Positions 13,022 through 27,270 are shown, numbered from the stretch's first letter. The stretch: DNA of 64,000 nucleotides from Octopus vulgaris (GCA_951406725.2 OX597814.1:62868001-62932000), one strand, 5' to 3'. The notes: generated by a model from the sequence alone, not told the origin. Translations and numbers: made by a program.

Positions 13022-14600
13022 TCGATAAGAATCTCTAATTTATCCGCATAGAAAACGATTTTCGATAGTTTTGCACCCCTTTATAACACAGTGCTAAAAG
13101 ACAGTGGATTTAAAAGAAAAATATATATTAAAAACACAATATTTAAAAAACAAATTAGGCAAACGGTTTCCAAATATTGCGAATTCAAGCATCGACACAC
13201 CTCCCATGAACAACGCCACCGAATACAGAAACCAACAACACTTTAGAAGACACTATAACTTATAACAATAACTATACTGGGCAGAATAGGAAGAACTCAG
13301 GGAGGAGAAGGGAAATTATATGGTTCACACCCCACTTTTCCCTCCAGGTCTGAAACCTCCCTAAATAATTTTTTAGTATTATCGATAGGAATTTCCCACA
13401 AGGTCATAAATACAACTCTATATTTAATAGATCCTGCCTTAAATTATCTTACTCAACCACACCCAATCTAGGACCTATTATCGCGGCCAACAATAGACTT
13501 AAACTTAGAAATAATGGTAATAATAGAAATGGTTATTTAGCTGAGCTTAATATGAAGAATAATAATGAGAACCCTCATATTAAAAATAGAAAGGCTAAAC
13601 CTGGCAATAAAACAAATAAAACATGTAATTGTCGTAATAAGGAGCTTTGCCCCCTAAAAGGTTTCTGTTTAAGGAGAAATGAATATAAAGTTGAAGTCTT
13701 AACGCTTAACGAATCTAAAAAGATTTACATTGGTAGTACGACGGATTTTAAAATTAGATACGAACTAATTTACTAACCACAAAACTAAAAATTAAACCAC
13801 ACTAGTTGCCCGCATCAATAAATTAAAAGTGCACGATAAAGAATTCAGTCTAGATTGGTGTCTATAATAACGGAAACCACACCATATAATACACACAAAA
13901 ATTGCAATTTATGCACGAAGGAGGCGATCCACATAATCCGTGCCAACAAAAATAGCTTACATAATAAGATATCTGACGTCATAATTACCTGTAGACAGAA
14001 ATATCTTTCAACTTTTAAATTCTTCCCTGAAGATATAAGATCCTAATCTAGCCATGCTTCATATATTATATATAGCGTCGTAATATACCTTAGCCTGTAA
14101 TTTTAATTTTAATTATATCATCTGCATGAAGAGTATGATTCGACTAAACATTCGTTTTTTTAAATTCTCGAACCTCTCATATCTCTTAAAATCTTAACAA
14201 CTCGTTGAATCCCTTAACTCTGATGAGGGAAGTATAGATAACTGCTATGGTTGGAGTTAGCTCGCCTATATCAACCTATAATCTTCTCGAAACGGCCGTA
14301 AGATTTTGTACCTATTTAGGATTCCTCATGAATCATCTTATACTAACTTTCTTATCTACCCTCTTCATTGATTCTAATACGGACATTGGACTTCGCAAAT
14401 ACATCTATATATTTATATCTATGTGTTTATTTATTTATAAACTTTTATGTGCTTATAAATTTTTATATACTTCTAAATCTTCGTATGTATATGTGTTTAT
14501 GAATACTTATAAATTTGTTTATCATATCTCATATGTGAAAGCATCTATGTATATTGTATATTGTGGAGAATTTCGATAATTTGAAATGGATTGAATGAAT
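13022..14600 (+). mobile_element. Penelope-like retroelement, 5'-truncated pseudogene (RT thumb, GIY-YIG endonuclease, pLTR)
   Basis: Translated pieces IRISNLSA*KTIFDSFAPLYNTVLKDSGF, RRREIIWFTPHFS, HKYNSIFNRSCLKLSYSTTPNL, CNCRNKELCPLKGFC, IYIGSTTDFKIRY, CNLCTKEA; multiple stops and frameshifts; flanked by (CA)n and (TA)n. Confidence 0.9.
14216..14305 (+). ncRNA. Type I hammerhead ribozyme in the PLE 3' region
   Basis: CTGATGA at 14220, stem II GGGAAG/CTTCTC extended by TATAG/CTATA, GAAA 14289-14292, palindromic stem III ACGGCCGT, GUA triplet, weak stem I. Confidence 0.8.
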
Positions 14601-14691
14601 ATATACACCGACCTTTGAAATTTGTTTCTCTCCTTCTTAATTTTATATACATACATATATACATACATACATATATATATTTATGTATATA

Positions 14692-14723
<32 letters not shown>

Positions 14724-14799
14724 CTTACTTAAGGAGGTGCGTGCGTTTTGTCATATAATATATTAATAAATGAAATAAAACATATGCATATATATAAAC

Positions 14800-15556
14800 A
14801 TATATGTACGTACCTACCTCTACATGTACATATACACGCATATATGAGTACAGGACACCAAAGGGACGTCGAACACAAAGAGAAACGAAAACATAGACAC
14901 AAACCAAAGGAACTGGACATTTTTTAAAAAACAACAAAAAATGAAGTACAGGACAATTAACACAAAGAAAAAAACCCTTCTTCAGTCGCTATGGTTTCAT
15001 CTACTCTACGTTTCGAAGGATAAAAGCGAGACGTATCTTCGACAAGAAACTTTCCTTCCTGCGAAAACAAATCAATTAAAATTCTGAGATCTTTTCGCAG
15101 AGGGGTAAAAAATGGTAAAAAAATGGTAAAAAAACAGGACAGTAATGACAGTACAAAAATATAAACAGTAAAAGACAGGACAGGGAAAAACAAGATAAGA
15201 AGGGCTGTTGACGCCGAACGAAAAAAGTATTGCAAACGCAGAATTTTTTGTGAACGACAGGGGAGCAGGAAGAATGTCGTCCAGTTACCTTGAAAGGCCA
15301 GGCCAGAAAGACAGTCAGAGCGGAAGTATCGCCGCGGGTGGACGACGAGAAGGGGGGAGGAGGAGCAAGAGGAAGGGAGAGAAGAAGGGGAATGGCTGCG
15401 AGGAAACCATGAAGAATGGTGAGGGAGAGAGAGAGAGTGAAGAATGAGAGAGAGAGGAAGAGACAAGTTAAGTAGAGGAAAAAGAAAATCAAAGAATAGG
15501 GATGGGACAGAAAGGTTTTGATTTTCTTTTTCCTCTACTTAACTTGTCTCTTCCTC
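14800..15556 (-). mobile_element. (TA)n-associated dispersed repeat family D ending in a 40-bp hairpin (probable PLE pLTR)
   Basis: Homologous to 20290-20468 and 54815-55180; perfect inverted repeat 15454-15493 / 15517-15556. Confidence 0.6.
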
Positions 15557-15904
15557 GTTAGGAGATCCCGTGTAAACTCGTTGGGCATTCGATCGAGTAG
15601 CTTCCTTTTCTACCCCTCGTTTAGATAATTTACTACTTCCGAGGTTCTGCTAGCTATGAAAGATATGTAGCCTGGATTTTATCTGCTCCATTCCCTAAAT
15701 TTTGTTTATTCGCTCATACAACAAGCTAACCGTGAGTTATAAAATTAACTTCTCTGCGCCAATAAACCATTATTGTTCCTGAAAGTTGTTTCTATACTTT
15801 CTGCGGATTGCTTTGCAGCTCTCTAACTTTATGCACCTTGATCCTTGGATTTTACCTTTACACACACACACACACACACACACATGCATATATATAAGTA
15901 TGTA

Positions 15905-15995
<91 letters not shown>

Positions 15996-16981
15996 AAGTG
16001 TGTATATATGCATGTGCGTATATGTATGTCTGTATGTATTGGATGGTAGACTCAACTTGCCTCCTGATTCAACACTACGACCAGGTACCTTGCTTGCTTT
16101 TAGGGGAAACCGCTCAGTTGGGAGCATTCACGCCACGCTTCAGGTTTGAGGATACTTTTTCTCCCACTTTCTTCTATTAGTGCAAGGTCACCTTTTACGG
16201 CTCTAAGACACCGCTCCACCCCTTCTTATAGACATATATACACACACACAAACATATACGCATTATATATATATACGTTTATATGTATGTGTATATATGC
16301 ATATATATATGTGTATGTATACATACATGCACAATCACATACACACTCATATATATTTAGTAACATGTCGCGCACATATATAAGCACACGCACTGGCTCT
16401 CTCTCTCTCTCACACACACACAGACATGCATACACACACACACACACGTTCACGCCCCCACACGTTCGCGAAACCAGTTGCATTAACCGGAATGCTTCAT
16501 TGATTCGCCTTATAGTACATTGCAAGCCTAAAATTGGCAGGCATCCAATTGATAGTCGAACAAGGTGTAAGTAAATGGAAAGGAAACTAACAGAACAAAT
16601 ATATTTAACACCACATCGTTAATAAACTCCTTTTACCAGGTAGCAAAATAAGCAAAGTAAGCAAAGACATGTGTCTTGATCAACTAGAAATAATAGCCAA
16701 ATTTATCTCAAATACACCCGTACCGCTTAGAAAAGCAATTAGTATATTCAGTCAGAGATATAAAAATGTTGGTAAGTACAGATGTAACGGCTTTGATCAT
16801 GATTCTACTTGATCAATAATGACCTCGACTTAAATAACTATAATGACCTTTATAGTTTTCTGCCTTCTATATCAAACGTGCTATAAATAGTGGGCGGGTG
16901 GTTTAGATGCATTGCTAAATATACATATATATATATGTGTGTGTGTTGTGTGTGTGTTGTGTGTGTATGCGTGTGCGTGTG

Positions 16982-17026
<45 letters not shown>

Positions 17027-17323
17027 CGTATTAATGTATAGAGGGATTTAAAAACTCCTTTAGCACAAATATAAACCGACTTTCAACTGAGGCTAGTTGA
17101 GGTCATTTGAGATTTTTAATTGCCCTTCACATCCTCCTGTATGTAACACTCGCTCTGTTCTTTCCCACAAATCTTTCACGCCCCCAGAGATTCCAGAATA
17201 GCTTGATAAAGCACCGTAGTAGTTATACCGTGCCATTCTTAGAATGTCAATCCAATCACTGTTTCATAATAACATGATTTGTAATATATATAAGGTGAGC
17301 TGACATGCCGGGCAAAATGCTTG

Positions 17324-17500
17324 TGCCCCGCCTCACAACATCGCTTGACAACTGATGCTGGTATATTTACGTTTCCATAAGTTAGCGGTTCGGCGAAAGG
17401 GCCTGATAGAATAAGTACTGGGGCCAATTTGTTCGACTAAAGGCGGTGCTCCAGCATGGCCGCAGTCAAATAACTGAAACAAATAAAAGAATAAAAGAAA
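17324..17500 (+). mobile_element. SINE family A tail
   Basis: CTTGACAACTGATGCTGG...GCTCCAGCATGGCCGCAGTC. Confidence 0.8.
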
Positions 17501-17501
17501 G

Positions 17502-17600
<99 letters not shown>

Positions 17601-17689
17601 CGCGCGCACGTGTATATGTATGTATATTTATATGTAATGGTTATCTCTCGTACTTAGAGAAAGACGGTTCTGTAAATTCTTGCCGAACG

Positions 17690-17915
17690 ATCTGCACAAA
17701 GGATTTGTTTATGTTGATCAGTTGTATCTGCTGTACATTAGCTCACACTCTCAAACAAATCGACTGAACAGGTGCAACGATGTATCACATATCATGAAGT
17801 GATCACAGAGCAACATGAAATGAATTACTTTACTTACGAAGACAACGCACCACGCGGTATATGAAACTCCGCGCTCGCAATCAAGCGTGCAAACACCTTA
17901 ACCATTGGGCCATGT
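17690..17915 (-). mobile_element. Diverged SINE, family B-related
   Basis: GAGCAACATGAAATGAA and CCTTAACCATTGGGCCAT motifs shared with 19663-19973. Confidence 0.5.
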
Positions 17916-17925
17916 GTCGTCGACA

Positions 17926-17984
<59 letters not shown>

Positions 17985-18389
17985 TTCCTTTTAATTGTTT
18001 CATTGTCAGACTGCGGTCTTGCTGGGGCCAGCCTTGATAATAAATTGACCCCTGTACTTATATTTTTATAGGCTTAGTACTTATCATACCCTTTTTTCCC
18101 GTTGGAGTGCTAATTTATGGAGACGTAAGCACGCAACTGCGGTGTCAAACAGTGGTGGATGCAAACACAGACGCAAAGACACATACACATAGATATCTAT
18201 ATACACATACACATACACGCACGTGCGCGCGCACACACACGCACAAACGCATATAAACAGAAACACTCACAAGGCTTTAGTCGGCCCGAGACTATTGTAG
18301 AAGACACTTGCTCAAGGTGCTACATGGTGAACCTGAGCCTGGATCGGGTCCATGTGGCTGGGAAGCAAACTACTTAGCACACAAGGCCG

Positions 18390-18390
<1 letters not shown>
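17985..18390 (-). mobile_element. SINE family A, diverged
   Basis: Reverse-complement match to head and tail. Confidence 0.75.
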
Positions 18391-18459
<69 letters not shown>

Positions 18460-18959
18460 TGTGTGTGTGTGCGAGTGTATGTATGTATACAAAAGTTGGT
18501 ATGGATTTGAGCGTTATTTACCAAGACAGGAGCTTTCATATGGACTTTTGGCATTGCGACCTATAAATGAACTTGTTTATGTCGGCGGCGGGCGAGAGCC
18601 GTCCGTTATGTGGCGGCTTTATGAGGGATCCTCCCTTTGGAAAATATTTTGTGCTAACGCAACAGCGACTTTAAGTGAAAGATAAATATTACGTTTTGAT
18701 ATTAATACTGCTTCTGTCGCTATTAATTATTATCATTGTAATCCTTCATGTCGAATTGTGACAACGCCCACTCTGACAGTATAGTTAGTAAAACAAGTAA
18801 GACCACGACTACCTATGACATTCTATTTCGTACTCTCTGTTTATACTGGCTAACGTCACCTTATTTATGGTGACTTTCACATACCACTCGTCCCGTGGGA
18901 GGGGTACCATTATTACTATTATCCCCACAACAATTATATACCTAGCTAACTAGCTAGCT

Positions 18960-19132
18960 AGCTACCTACCTACTTACCTACCTACCTACCTACCTACCTA
19001 CCTACCTACCTACCTACCTACCTACCTACCTACCTACCTACCTACCTACCTACCTACCTACCTACCTACCTACCTACCTACCTACCTACCTACCTACCTA
19101 CCTATCTACCTATCTACCTACCTATCTACCTA
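18960..19132. repeat. (CCTA)n microsatellite
   Basis: Directly visible. Confidence 0.98.
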
Positions 19133-19662
19133 CAAACATACATACATAGATACATACCTACATGTATATACATATATATATATATATATGTGTGTGTGTG
19201 TATGTATATGTATATGCATGTATATATGCACACATATACATACGTTTATATAAACGTATGTATATAGTAATGCTGATGTTGCGCAGAAGACCACCATTGG
19301 CTATTGTCCATGTAAAATGCCAGCAATGGTCATGCATGAGGTCAATGCATCAGTAGTCGGCTTCACCCGGGCTCGCATCTGCGGCTTCCGTATTCGCCGC
19401 AGCACCCCTCTACTTGACCAGGCATCGGACAGACACCTCGCTTTGAATGACCTAAAAACCTAAAATTTAAGGTCTAATAAGGCTTGCAAAATACCTAACA
19501 GACCCTCTCACTCTACTGACAAGATCCAAATAGAAGCCAGGACAAAATATCCAGTGCCAATAGGAGTCGCAGGCAAAATGAATGTGGGAGCACCATGATC
19601 TGAAGTGCAAGCAAAAGATCCCCAAAATGTTTAATGCTATTCCCTACGTACCCGGTTTTATA

Positions 19663-19973
19663 AAGCACTCCGTCGGTTACAACGACGAGAGTCCTAGCTG
19701 ATACGATCAACGGAACAGCTTGCTCGTGAAATTAACGTACAAGTGGCTGAGCAATCCACAGACACGTGTACCCAGGGAGATTCAGCGTGATAAAGAGTGT
19801 GACATAGCTGGCCCTTTGAAATACAGATACAACTCATTTTTGCCAGCTGAGTGGATTAGAGCAACGTGAAATAAAGTGTATTGCTTAAGGACACAACACA
19901 TCGCCGGAAATTGAACTCACGACTTTACAATCGTGAGTCGAATGCCCTAACCACTAAGCCACGCGCTTTCACA
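19663..19973 (-). mobile_element. SINE family B variant with 14-bp TSD
   Basis: TACCCGGTTTTATA at 19649-19662 and 19974-19987; same tail as the 5257 copy. Confidence 0.85.
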
Positions 19974-20161
19974 TACCCGGTTTTATATCAGAACGATCCT
20001 CTCTTAGAGACACGCTTTAAAACCAACCCGGAATTTCCGGGGGCCCATACTACTACTGAATAGTTGTGGAACCTACACTAGGTTCCTACGTCTTTTTGAA
20101 AGATCTTTTTCTTAAGTCTTGTTGGGTTTCTTGCAACCGACCTTACTAGGCATGCCTAGTC

Positions 20162-20227
<66 letters not shown>

Positions 20228-20289
20228 TATAATAATATATAAATACATATATGTACATACCTACATCTATATGTATGTATACATGCATA

Positions 20290-20468
20290 TATGGGTTATA
20301 GGACATGAAAACAGAAACGTTGACCTCAATGAGAAACGAAAACATAAAAACAAAAGCATAGAAACGAACTGTTTTCAAACAACGAAAAAACCCCAGAGAA
20401 ACAAGGTATACAACACAAGGAATATTCCCCTTCTTCAGTTGTCTCTGTTTCATCTACTCCGCGTTCGT
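20290..20468 (-). mobile_element. Repeat family D fragment
   Basis: AATATTCCCCTTCTTCAGTTGTC...GTTTCATCTACTC shared with the 14975 and 54945 regions; embedded in (TA)n. Confidence 0.7.
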
Positions 20469-20484
20469 ATATACACACACACAC

Positions 20485-20563
<79 letters not shown>

Positions 20564-20639
20564 GAGAGAGAGAGAGAGAGAGAGAGACACGCACATACAT
20601 ATATACATATGCATATGTCTGTGTGTGTGTGCATGTTTG

Positions 20640-22540
20640 CGTATACGAGCACCATTGCTCGGGTACCGAACATATGAAAATGGTTTTGTTACACTTATAT
20701 AACTTATAGCAAAAAATTATGTAATGCTTTTTAAATGCTCCTATATTTGCATAATTATATTTATAGTAAAGAAGAAACATGTTTATAGTTTCCAGGTTTC
20801 CGTGAAGTGTATAATTTTTGAGAGTGTGTTTATTGATAATTTTTATTGTAATTTAAGATAATAGTGTCGTTATGTTTTAATTTATTTATTTTCTCGTAAT
20901 TCTAAATTGATATTTAATATATTACACAAAATCACTTCTAAGAGAAATATGTTTATTCAACAAGAGCTCGTGGGCATAGTACTTGTCTTGTTCTGCAGTT
21001 CGGTGCACTGATTAAAAGATATCTTGACATACAACATAGAGCTGACTAAGAGACACAAAGATTAACTTGTTTATTCTATCTCTGATGGACTGTGATTCAT
21101 ATTGAGGATGACATATGAAGACAGTAAACTGAATACTTATAAGTAACGTTGCATATCTGATAGGATGCAGAGGATACGTGACATGAAAACATCTCCCTAG
21201 TCATAAGCTTTCATGAGCATAACAGTCTTGGCGGTTAGTCAAGTACTGTTAATGAGTTGTGATGCATTTTGATATCATAGAAACATAATGTGTGTTCTGT
21301 CTTTTAGCTGTATATTGTGAAGGGAGATCCCAGCGTGTCGAAGAGAAACAAAATATGTTTGGTACATCGTTAACACCATCCCATGCGAGAACCGACTAAT
21401 ACCACCTGGAATGAGCTGGTACTTTTTTAATGATGATTTTGGGGATCAACGATAGATCTTTATAAAGCCACTTGTGGTTGCTATAATTCTTTAAGCAATT
21501 ATGAGTAAACTTTCAATAGCGTTTACTATGTCTTGAGATAGGATGATTGTTCCGCATTGAGTGTCAGGTGATATAGCTGACCAGTAGCCCCACCATTTGA
21601 AGTAAAATATTTGCAAACTGGGTTACTAAGATATCTGTATAAAGTGCAACTCATAATCGTAGAAAAGTGATATTCCCCAAAATACAGGACTTTTTGAGAT
21701 ATGCTGTCAACTCATCAACAGGTGTATCTTTCAGAGAGGCTGGTAGAGTTTGCCTGAAATCACCAGTGAGTAAGAGAGTGACTCAAGACATGGTATTAGC
21801 GCTTCCTCTGACGCTTTGTAAGATGCAATTAAAAGTCATACATACAAACCCTCGAGACATTGTACATTTATTTCATACGTTCAGCGTGGCCAGCCTTAGA
21901 ACTTCCTCAGTATTGCACGCAAGTCTGCTCTGCGTACAAGTTTGAGTGGAAGGTTAAAAGTGGAATGAATAGTCTTACCACGTGTGAACTAAGTTATGGC
22001 TATTCCTATTCCGGATAAGGGCACTACAATAGCAGTTTACCAATACCAGGCTGGTAAAAATGTTTTACTGTTCCACCAGAGATATCAAGGAAAGCTGTTC
22101 CTTCTTAGTCAGCGTCCACCACACGTTTGATCATTGTATAAACTTTTTAAAATGTAGAACAAAGAATACATATACACTTCAGGTTTCATGAAGAGTCCCC
22201 TCGGCTAAGTGTTTGCATTGGAATTAGCACGCTACACACGTCAATATTCTTGCCTTAAATGGACTAATGTAATAGTGGTTAGGTCGTACATGGAGGAGGC
22301 TAACTTATTAAAAATACCACACAGTATGTTTCTTGCTTTTTGTTTTTCACTTTTACTCAACTTGAGAGTGTAAGACTGCATCATCTTCTAAAGTATTGTT
22401 CCAAGAGACACTGCCTCTGGCAAACTTTGCTGAACCTTGTATAGTGATACCAAGCAGCCGTTTATGGGGCCCTGCAGTGAGGTTGTACCATGAACGTTCT
22501 GCATGTGCTGTAAATTTGAATATGTTATCAAATTTTCTCA
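20640..22540 (-). pseudogene. Fossil autonomous Helitron: RepHel C-terminal Pif1-family helicase
   Basis: Minus-strand translation across stops and frameshifts: WNNTLEDD, FLDISGGTVK-TFL (Walker A), SGIGIAIT*FTRGKTIHSTFNL, VTLLLTGDFRQTLP, LHNIQLKDRTHIMFL, GDVFMSRI, SQLYVVC; hairpin CGAGCA-CCAT-TGCTCG at 20646-20661. Confidence 0.85.
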
Positions 22541-22649
22541 TTTAAAAATCATATCTTCAAAAAGTCAGTACGCAATTTAAAACACGTGGGAGATTAAGTT
22601 ATTTCATTGTTTCATACCAAAATTTTATATATCGCTCGCAGACCATGCT

Positions 22650-22787
22650 TGCTTGCTTCCAATCCACATGGCTCTGGGTTCAGTCCTACTGCTTGGGACC
22701 TTGAGTAAGTGTCTTCTACTATAGCCTCGGGCCGACAAAAGCCTTGTGAGTGGATTTGGTAGACGGAAACTGGAAGAAGCCCGTCGT
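22650..22787 (+). mobile_element. SINE family A head; its tail is displaced to about 25296-25445 by the LINE insertion
   Basis: Head ends GAAGCCCGTCGTA then (TATC)n. Confidence 0.8.
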
Positions 22788-22788
22788 A

Positions 22789-22904
<116 letters not shown>

Positions 22905-25040
22905 AGGGGCACGAATTGCTCTAGCCAAGTAAACTGTGTGAGGCCTTTCAACAGCATTTTGCCCGACTGTTCGAGACGAGTGGCGGGCAAGAACGTAGGG
23001 TGGACTTCAGTGCCTACCTACACAGCCGACCACGACTCTCGACAAGAGAGGCAGGGCGCTGGGAAGGTGCCATCACGGCGGTGGAAGTGCAGAACACGAT
23101 GGCAGAATGCTCGAGGGACAAATCGCCGGGTTTGGATGGTCTACCCTACGAGCTTTACAGTTGTATGCCAGACTTGTTTGGAGACGTCTTGATAGCGGTG
23201 TACTGCAACTGGCAGCAAAACGGGAGCATTCCTGGTTTTGTGAGCCGAGGAGCCGTAACACTGCTGAAGAAAGATCTAAACAAGGGGAATGTAATAGATA
23301 ACTTTAGGCCCATCACTCTGCTTAATGCAGACTTGAAAATTTTGGCCAAGGTGTTAGCCAAGAGGTTGGCGCTTGTCCTTGAGAAACTGATCGACAAGGT
23401 GCAAACATGCGCCTGCCGGACCGGAGCATTCATGACAATCTCCACCTGATGCGCTACATCATAGACAGGGTAGTTAAGGAACCTGGCATGGGTGGGGCGC
23501 TGATCAATTTGGATCAATCGAAAGCTTTCGATAGGGTAGATCATCGATACTTGGAGGCTGTCCTCAGAGCGGCTGGTTTCGGTCCCGACTTCCGCGGCTG
23601 GATAGCCGCTTTGTACAGAGGTATCCGTTCGGTAATTCGCGTAAATGGACATCTATCGAGACCTTTCGACATTGCATGTTTGGTTCGTCAGGGATGCCCC
23701 CTCTCGTCGCTTCTCTACGTATTGACTCTCGAGCCATTATTGCGGAAGCTGGCAACTCTGAGAGGCATCCCGCGAGAATTAGGATGCGGGACGAGCATGT
23801 CTGCATACGCGGACGATGTCACCGTCATAGTGTCTAGCCGCGAGCACATCGAGCAGGTCGGCGAGACACTGAAAGACTACCAAGCGGTGACAGGAGCGAA
23901 AATCAACCGGGAAAAATCAGTGGGCTTGCGGCACGGCACCTGGAGAAGCAAGCCCATGCCGTAAACCAGCGCCTCCATCGTGGGACGCTGGACCGACGGT
24001 CCGGCTGAGTTGCTCGGGGTCTGGTTTGGTCCGGACCCCCAAATGAAGAAAAACTGGAACGAGATAACGAGTAGGGTGGTCACTCTCTGCAGGCAATGGA
24101 CCGAGAGGAAACTGTCCCTAAAAGGTCGGGCGGAGGTGGCGAACTCGTACATCGCGTCCGTCATCTACTACCGCCTGACCGTCGTGTCCTGTCCCGACCC
24201 TACTATCACCAAACAGAACTCATTCTCTTTCGCTTCTTGTGGAAAGGATGCGTCCCGATGGTCAGGCGATCCATTTGCTGTCAACACCCGTTAAAAGGAG
24301 GACTGGGCATGCCGTGGTTGATGATGTGCAGACATGCACTGGGACTGCGACATCTCAGGCTCTACGTAGACGACAGTGAACATGTGTGGTCGCCATTTGT
24401 GAGGCACGCTTTACCGCAACTCATCTCTATGACCGAACTGCAGTCGTGGATCAAAAAGAGGCCGAGAAAGGGCGAATGGCACCGCGAGCGTCGCGTTGCT
24501 CTCAAGCAACTATGCCGTCCCGGGTCGACCTTGAGTGACTCCATCACAACCCAAGCATTTTATAGGGGATTAGTGGAGGGGAGGTACGACGATGAGCTCG
24601 GGGCAAAGTTTTGTGTAGCGAGTAGCAAGGATGGCACGTATGAATGACAAAGCCACCTTGAGCATAATCCTATGAACCCGGACATTTAAAACAGAGGGTT
24701 ACCTACTTGCAAACAAATGTGGTAACATGTAACAATATTGATCGAGGTTACCGTGATATTTTCCGTAGACTTTTCTTCCCACGGATAAACCTTATCTGCT
24801 TCCCCCTTTACACCTTACATCATGAGACTGTGAAACACGATCCCTATTGATCGTTTTTTTGTTTCTTTTCCTTTTTTTCTTTTTTTTCTTCTTTCCCTTT
24901 TTTTTCTTCTTTCCCTTTTACGATCCCTTTTGATCGAAAACCTTCCCCATCTTTTTTTTGTTTTCTTTCCCCAAAAAAGAAAAGCTCTCCTTTGTAATCT
25001 GTCCCGTCCGTATGCAGTCCTGTGTGGCTAATAAAGAAAC
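22905..25040 (+). mobile_element. L1-clade Tx1-like LINE, 5'-truncated, RT pseudogene with 3' UTR
   Basis: Motifs KSPGLDGLPYELY, NFRPITLLNADLKILAKVLAKRL, DQSKAFDRVDH, VRQGCPLS, YADD, GGLGMP; frameshifts near 23410 and 24215, stop at 23962; AATAAA near 25030; (TATC)n on both sides. Confidence 0.93.
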
Positions 25041-25041
25041 A

Positions 25042-25122
<81 letters not shown>

Positions 25123-25129
25123 CTCTCTC

Positions 25130-25160
<31 letters not shown>

Positions 25161-25169
25161 ATATATGTG

Positions 25170-25228
<59 letters not shown>

Positions 25229-25295
25229 CATATGTATATATATATATGTATATATGTATGTGTGTTTGTATGTGTCTGTGTGTGTGTGCGTGTGT

Positions 25296-25445
25296 GTGCG
25301 TCTCTGTTTGTCCTCCTGCCATCGTTTGATGTCTCTGTAACATAGCGGTTTGGCAATGTCCTGTGGTCGATTTGTTCGACTAACACCATTTAAAGCGGCG
25401 CTCCAGCATGGCAGCAGTGAAATAACTGAAACAAGTAAATGAAAA
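25296..25445 (+). mobile_element. SINE family A tail
   Basis: GTTTGTCC...GCTCCAGCATGGC...ACTGAAACAAGTAAA. Confidence 0.75.
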
Positions 25446-25652
25446 AAGAAAAAAAGAAATATCTGTAACTGGGGCAAGATACACACACACACGTACACGC
25501 GCACATACACTCACTCACACACACACGTGCGAACACACATTTCACGCACTCACACAAAAGTATATGTATATATAGGTATAACTACATAAAATGTGTTAGA
25601 GCGTGAGAGAGTAAGTGAGTGAGTGAGTGAGTGAGTGAGAGAGTTAGTGAGT

Positions 25653-25737
<85 letters not shown>

Positions 25738-26034
25738 AACGTGAGAGAAACATTGTCAGTTTGACATGATTGACTGACAGGTTTTCTGAACTATTCCATT
25801 ACGACATTCAGTCTCCCTGCACCACATTTCCTGGTGCAGTCCTGTTTTACCCCAAAAGTAGACCTTGAACACGAGATTTGGTTTGTTGATACGTTTTTCT
25901 GGGAAGCATTTTGATATCCACAAGAAATTTGGTAAAGATTCATTGAAAAATGTTAACATTTCATGTCAAACACATTCTCACACAATCCAATTATGCATAT
26001 ATGGTGTTATGGACGTATGATTCTATCTATCTAA

Positions 26035-26156
<122 letters not shown>

Positions 26157-26661
26157 GTCTGTCTATCTATCTATCTATCTATCTATCTGTCTGTCTTCTC
26201 TCTCTCTCATCTTCCCCTCCCTCCCTCCCTCCCTCCCCCTCTCTCCCTCCCTTTCGCCCTCTCTTTCCCTCCCGCTCTCTCTCACCACACACACACGCTC
26301 ACACTTACATGCACCATATCGCGCACCCATACATAAATTCCAAATATATCTACTTACGAAATAATTTTATATTTAAAATGAAAAGAAACTCAACATCCGC
26401 GTAAACGGGTGAATTACAAAAGAAAAAAAAATGAAAAGGAAGGAAAAAAGAGGAGATAGAGCGAGAGAAATAAGATATCCACAAATAGTGATGGCCATTT
26501 GGTTAATACAGTTTTGACCAGAATAGTATTATTAGTGACTGAAGATTAATCTGTTTTTACACATTCAGTAAATCCAAATATCGATCTCTTTGTACTATCC
26601 AGAGGCGACGGAATTGTAACATTGACATTTGGCAGTGTCACATGGCACGCTTCTATCTATG

Positions 26662-26738
<77 letters not shown>

Positions 26739-26827
26739 ATCTATCTATCTGCCTGCCTGCCTGTCTGTCTGTCTGTCTGTCCGTCCGTCTGTTTGTCTGT
26801 CTGTCTATGTATGTACGTATGTATTTA

Positions 26828-26890
<63 letters not shown>

Positions 26891-26893
26891 ATA

Positions 26894-26959
<66 letters not shown>

Positions 26960-27270
26960 CGACTTTCTGTCTGTCTGTCTGTCTGTCTACCTGAATTGAT
27001 TTTCAGAGATGTTTGAACTCAGAATCTGAGTAAAGAGCTTGAACAAAAAATGCAAAACATCTTATCTGACGTTCTAAAGATTCTAACAGTCCACAACAAA
27101 ATAGATTTTGCATTCATATAATTATTCCTTCTTTGCCATGGTGTTGAACAATTTTTAGATCCCGGGAAGTACATTTATATGCTCTATTTACATTTATATG
27201 TTCTTACGAAGGAGAAAACCCTGTATTATATTATTGATATGATGCTGTTATTGATATTATATGAGTAAAC

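Noticed and set aside
16480-16575. Possible exon ending in a GTAAGT donor
   Set aside because: Donor-like motif alone is insufficient
16660-16850. Old dispersed repeat with a CTAGAAATA(A/G)(C/T)AG motif (similar traces near 34790, 37200 and 43390)
   Set aside because: Too diverged to delimit or classify by eye
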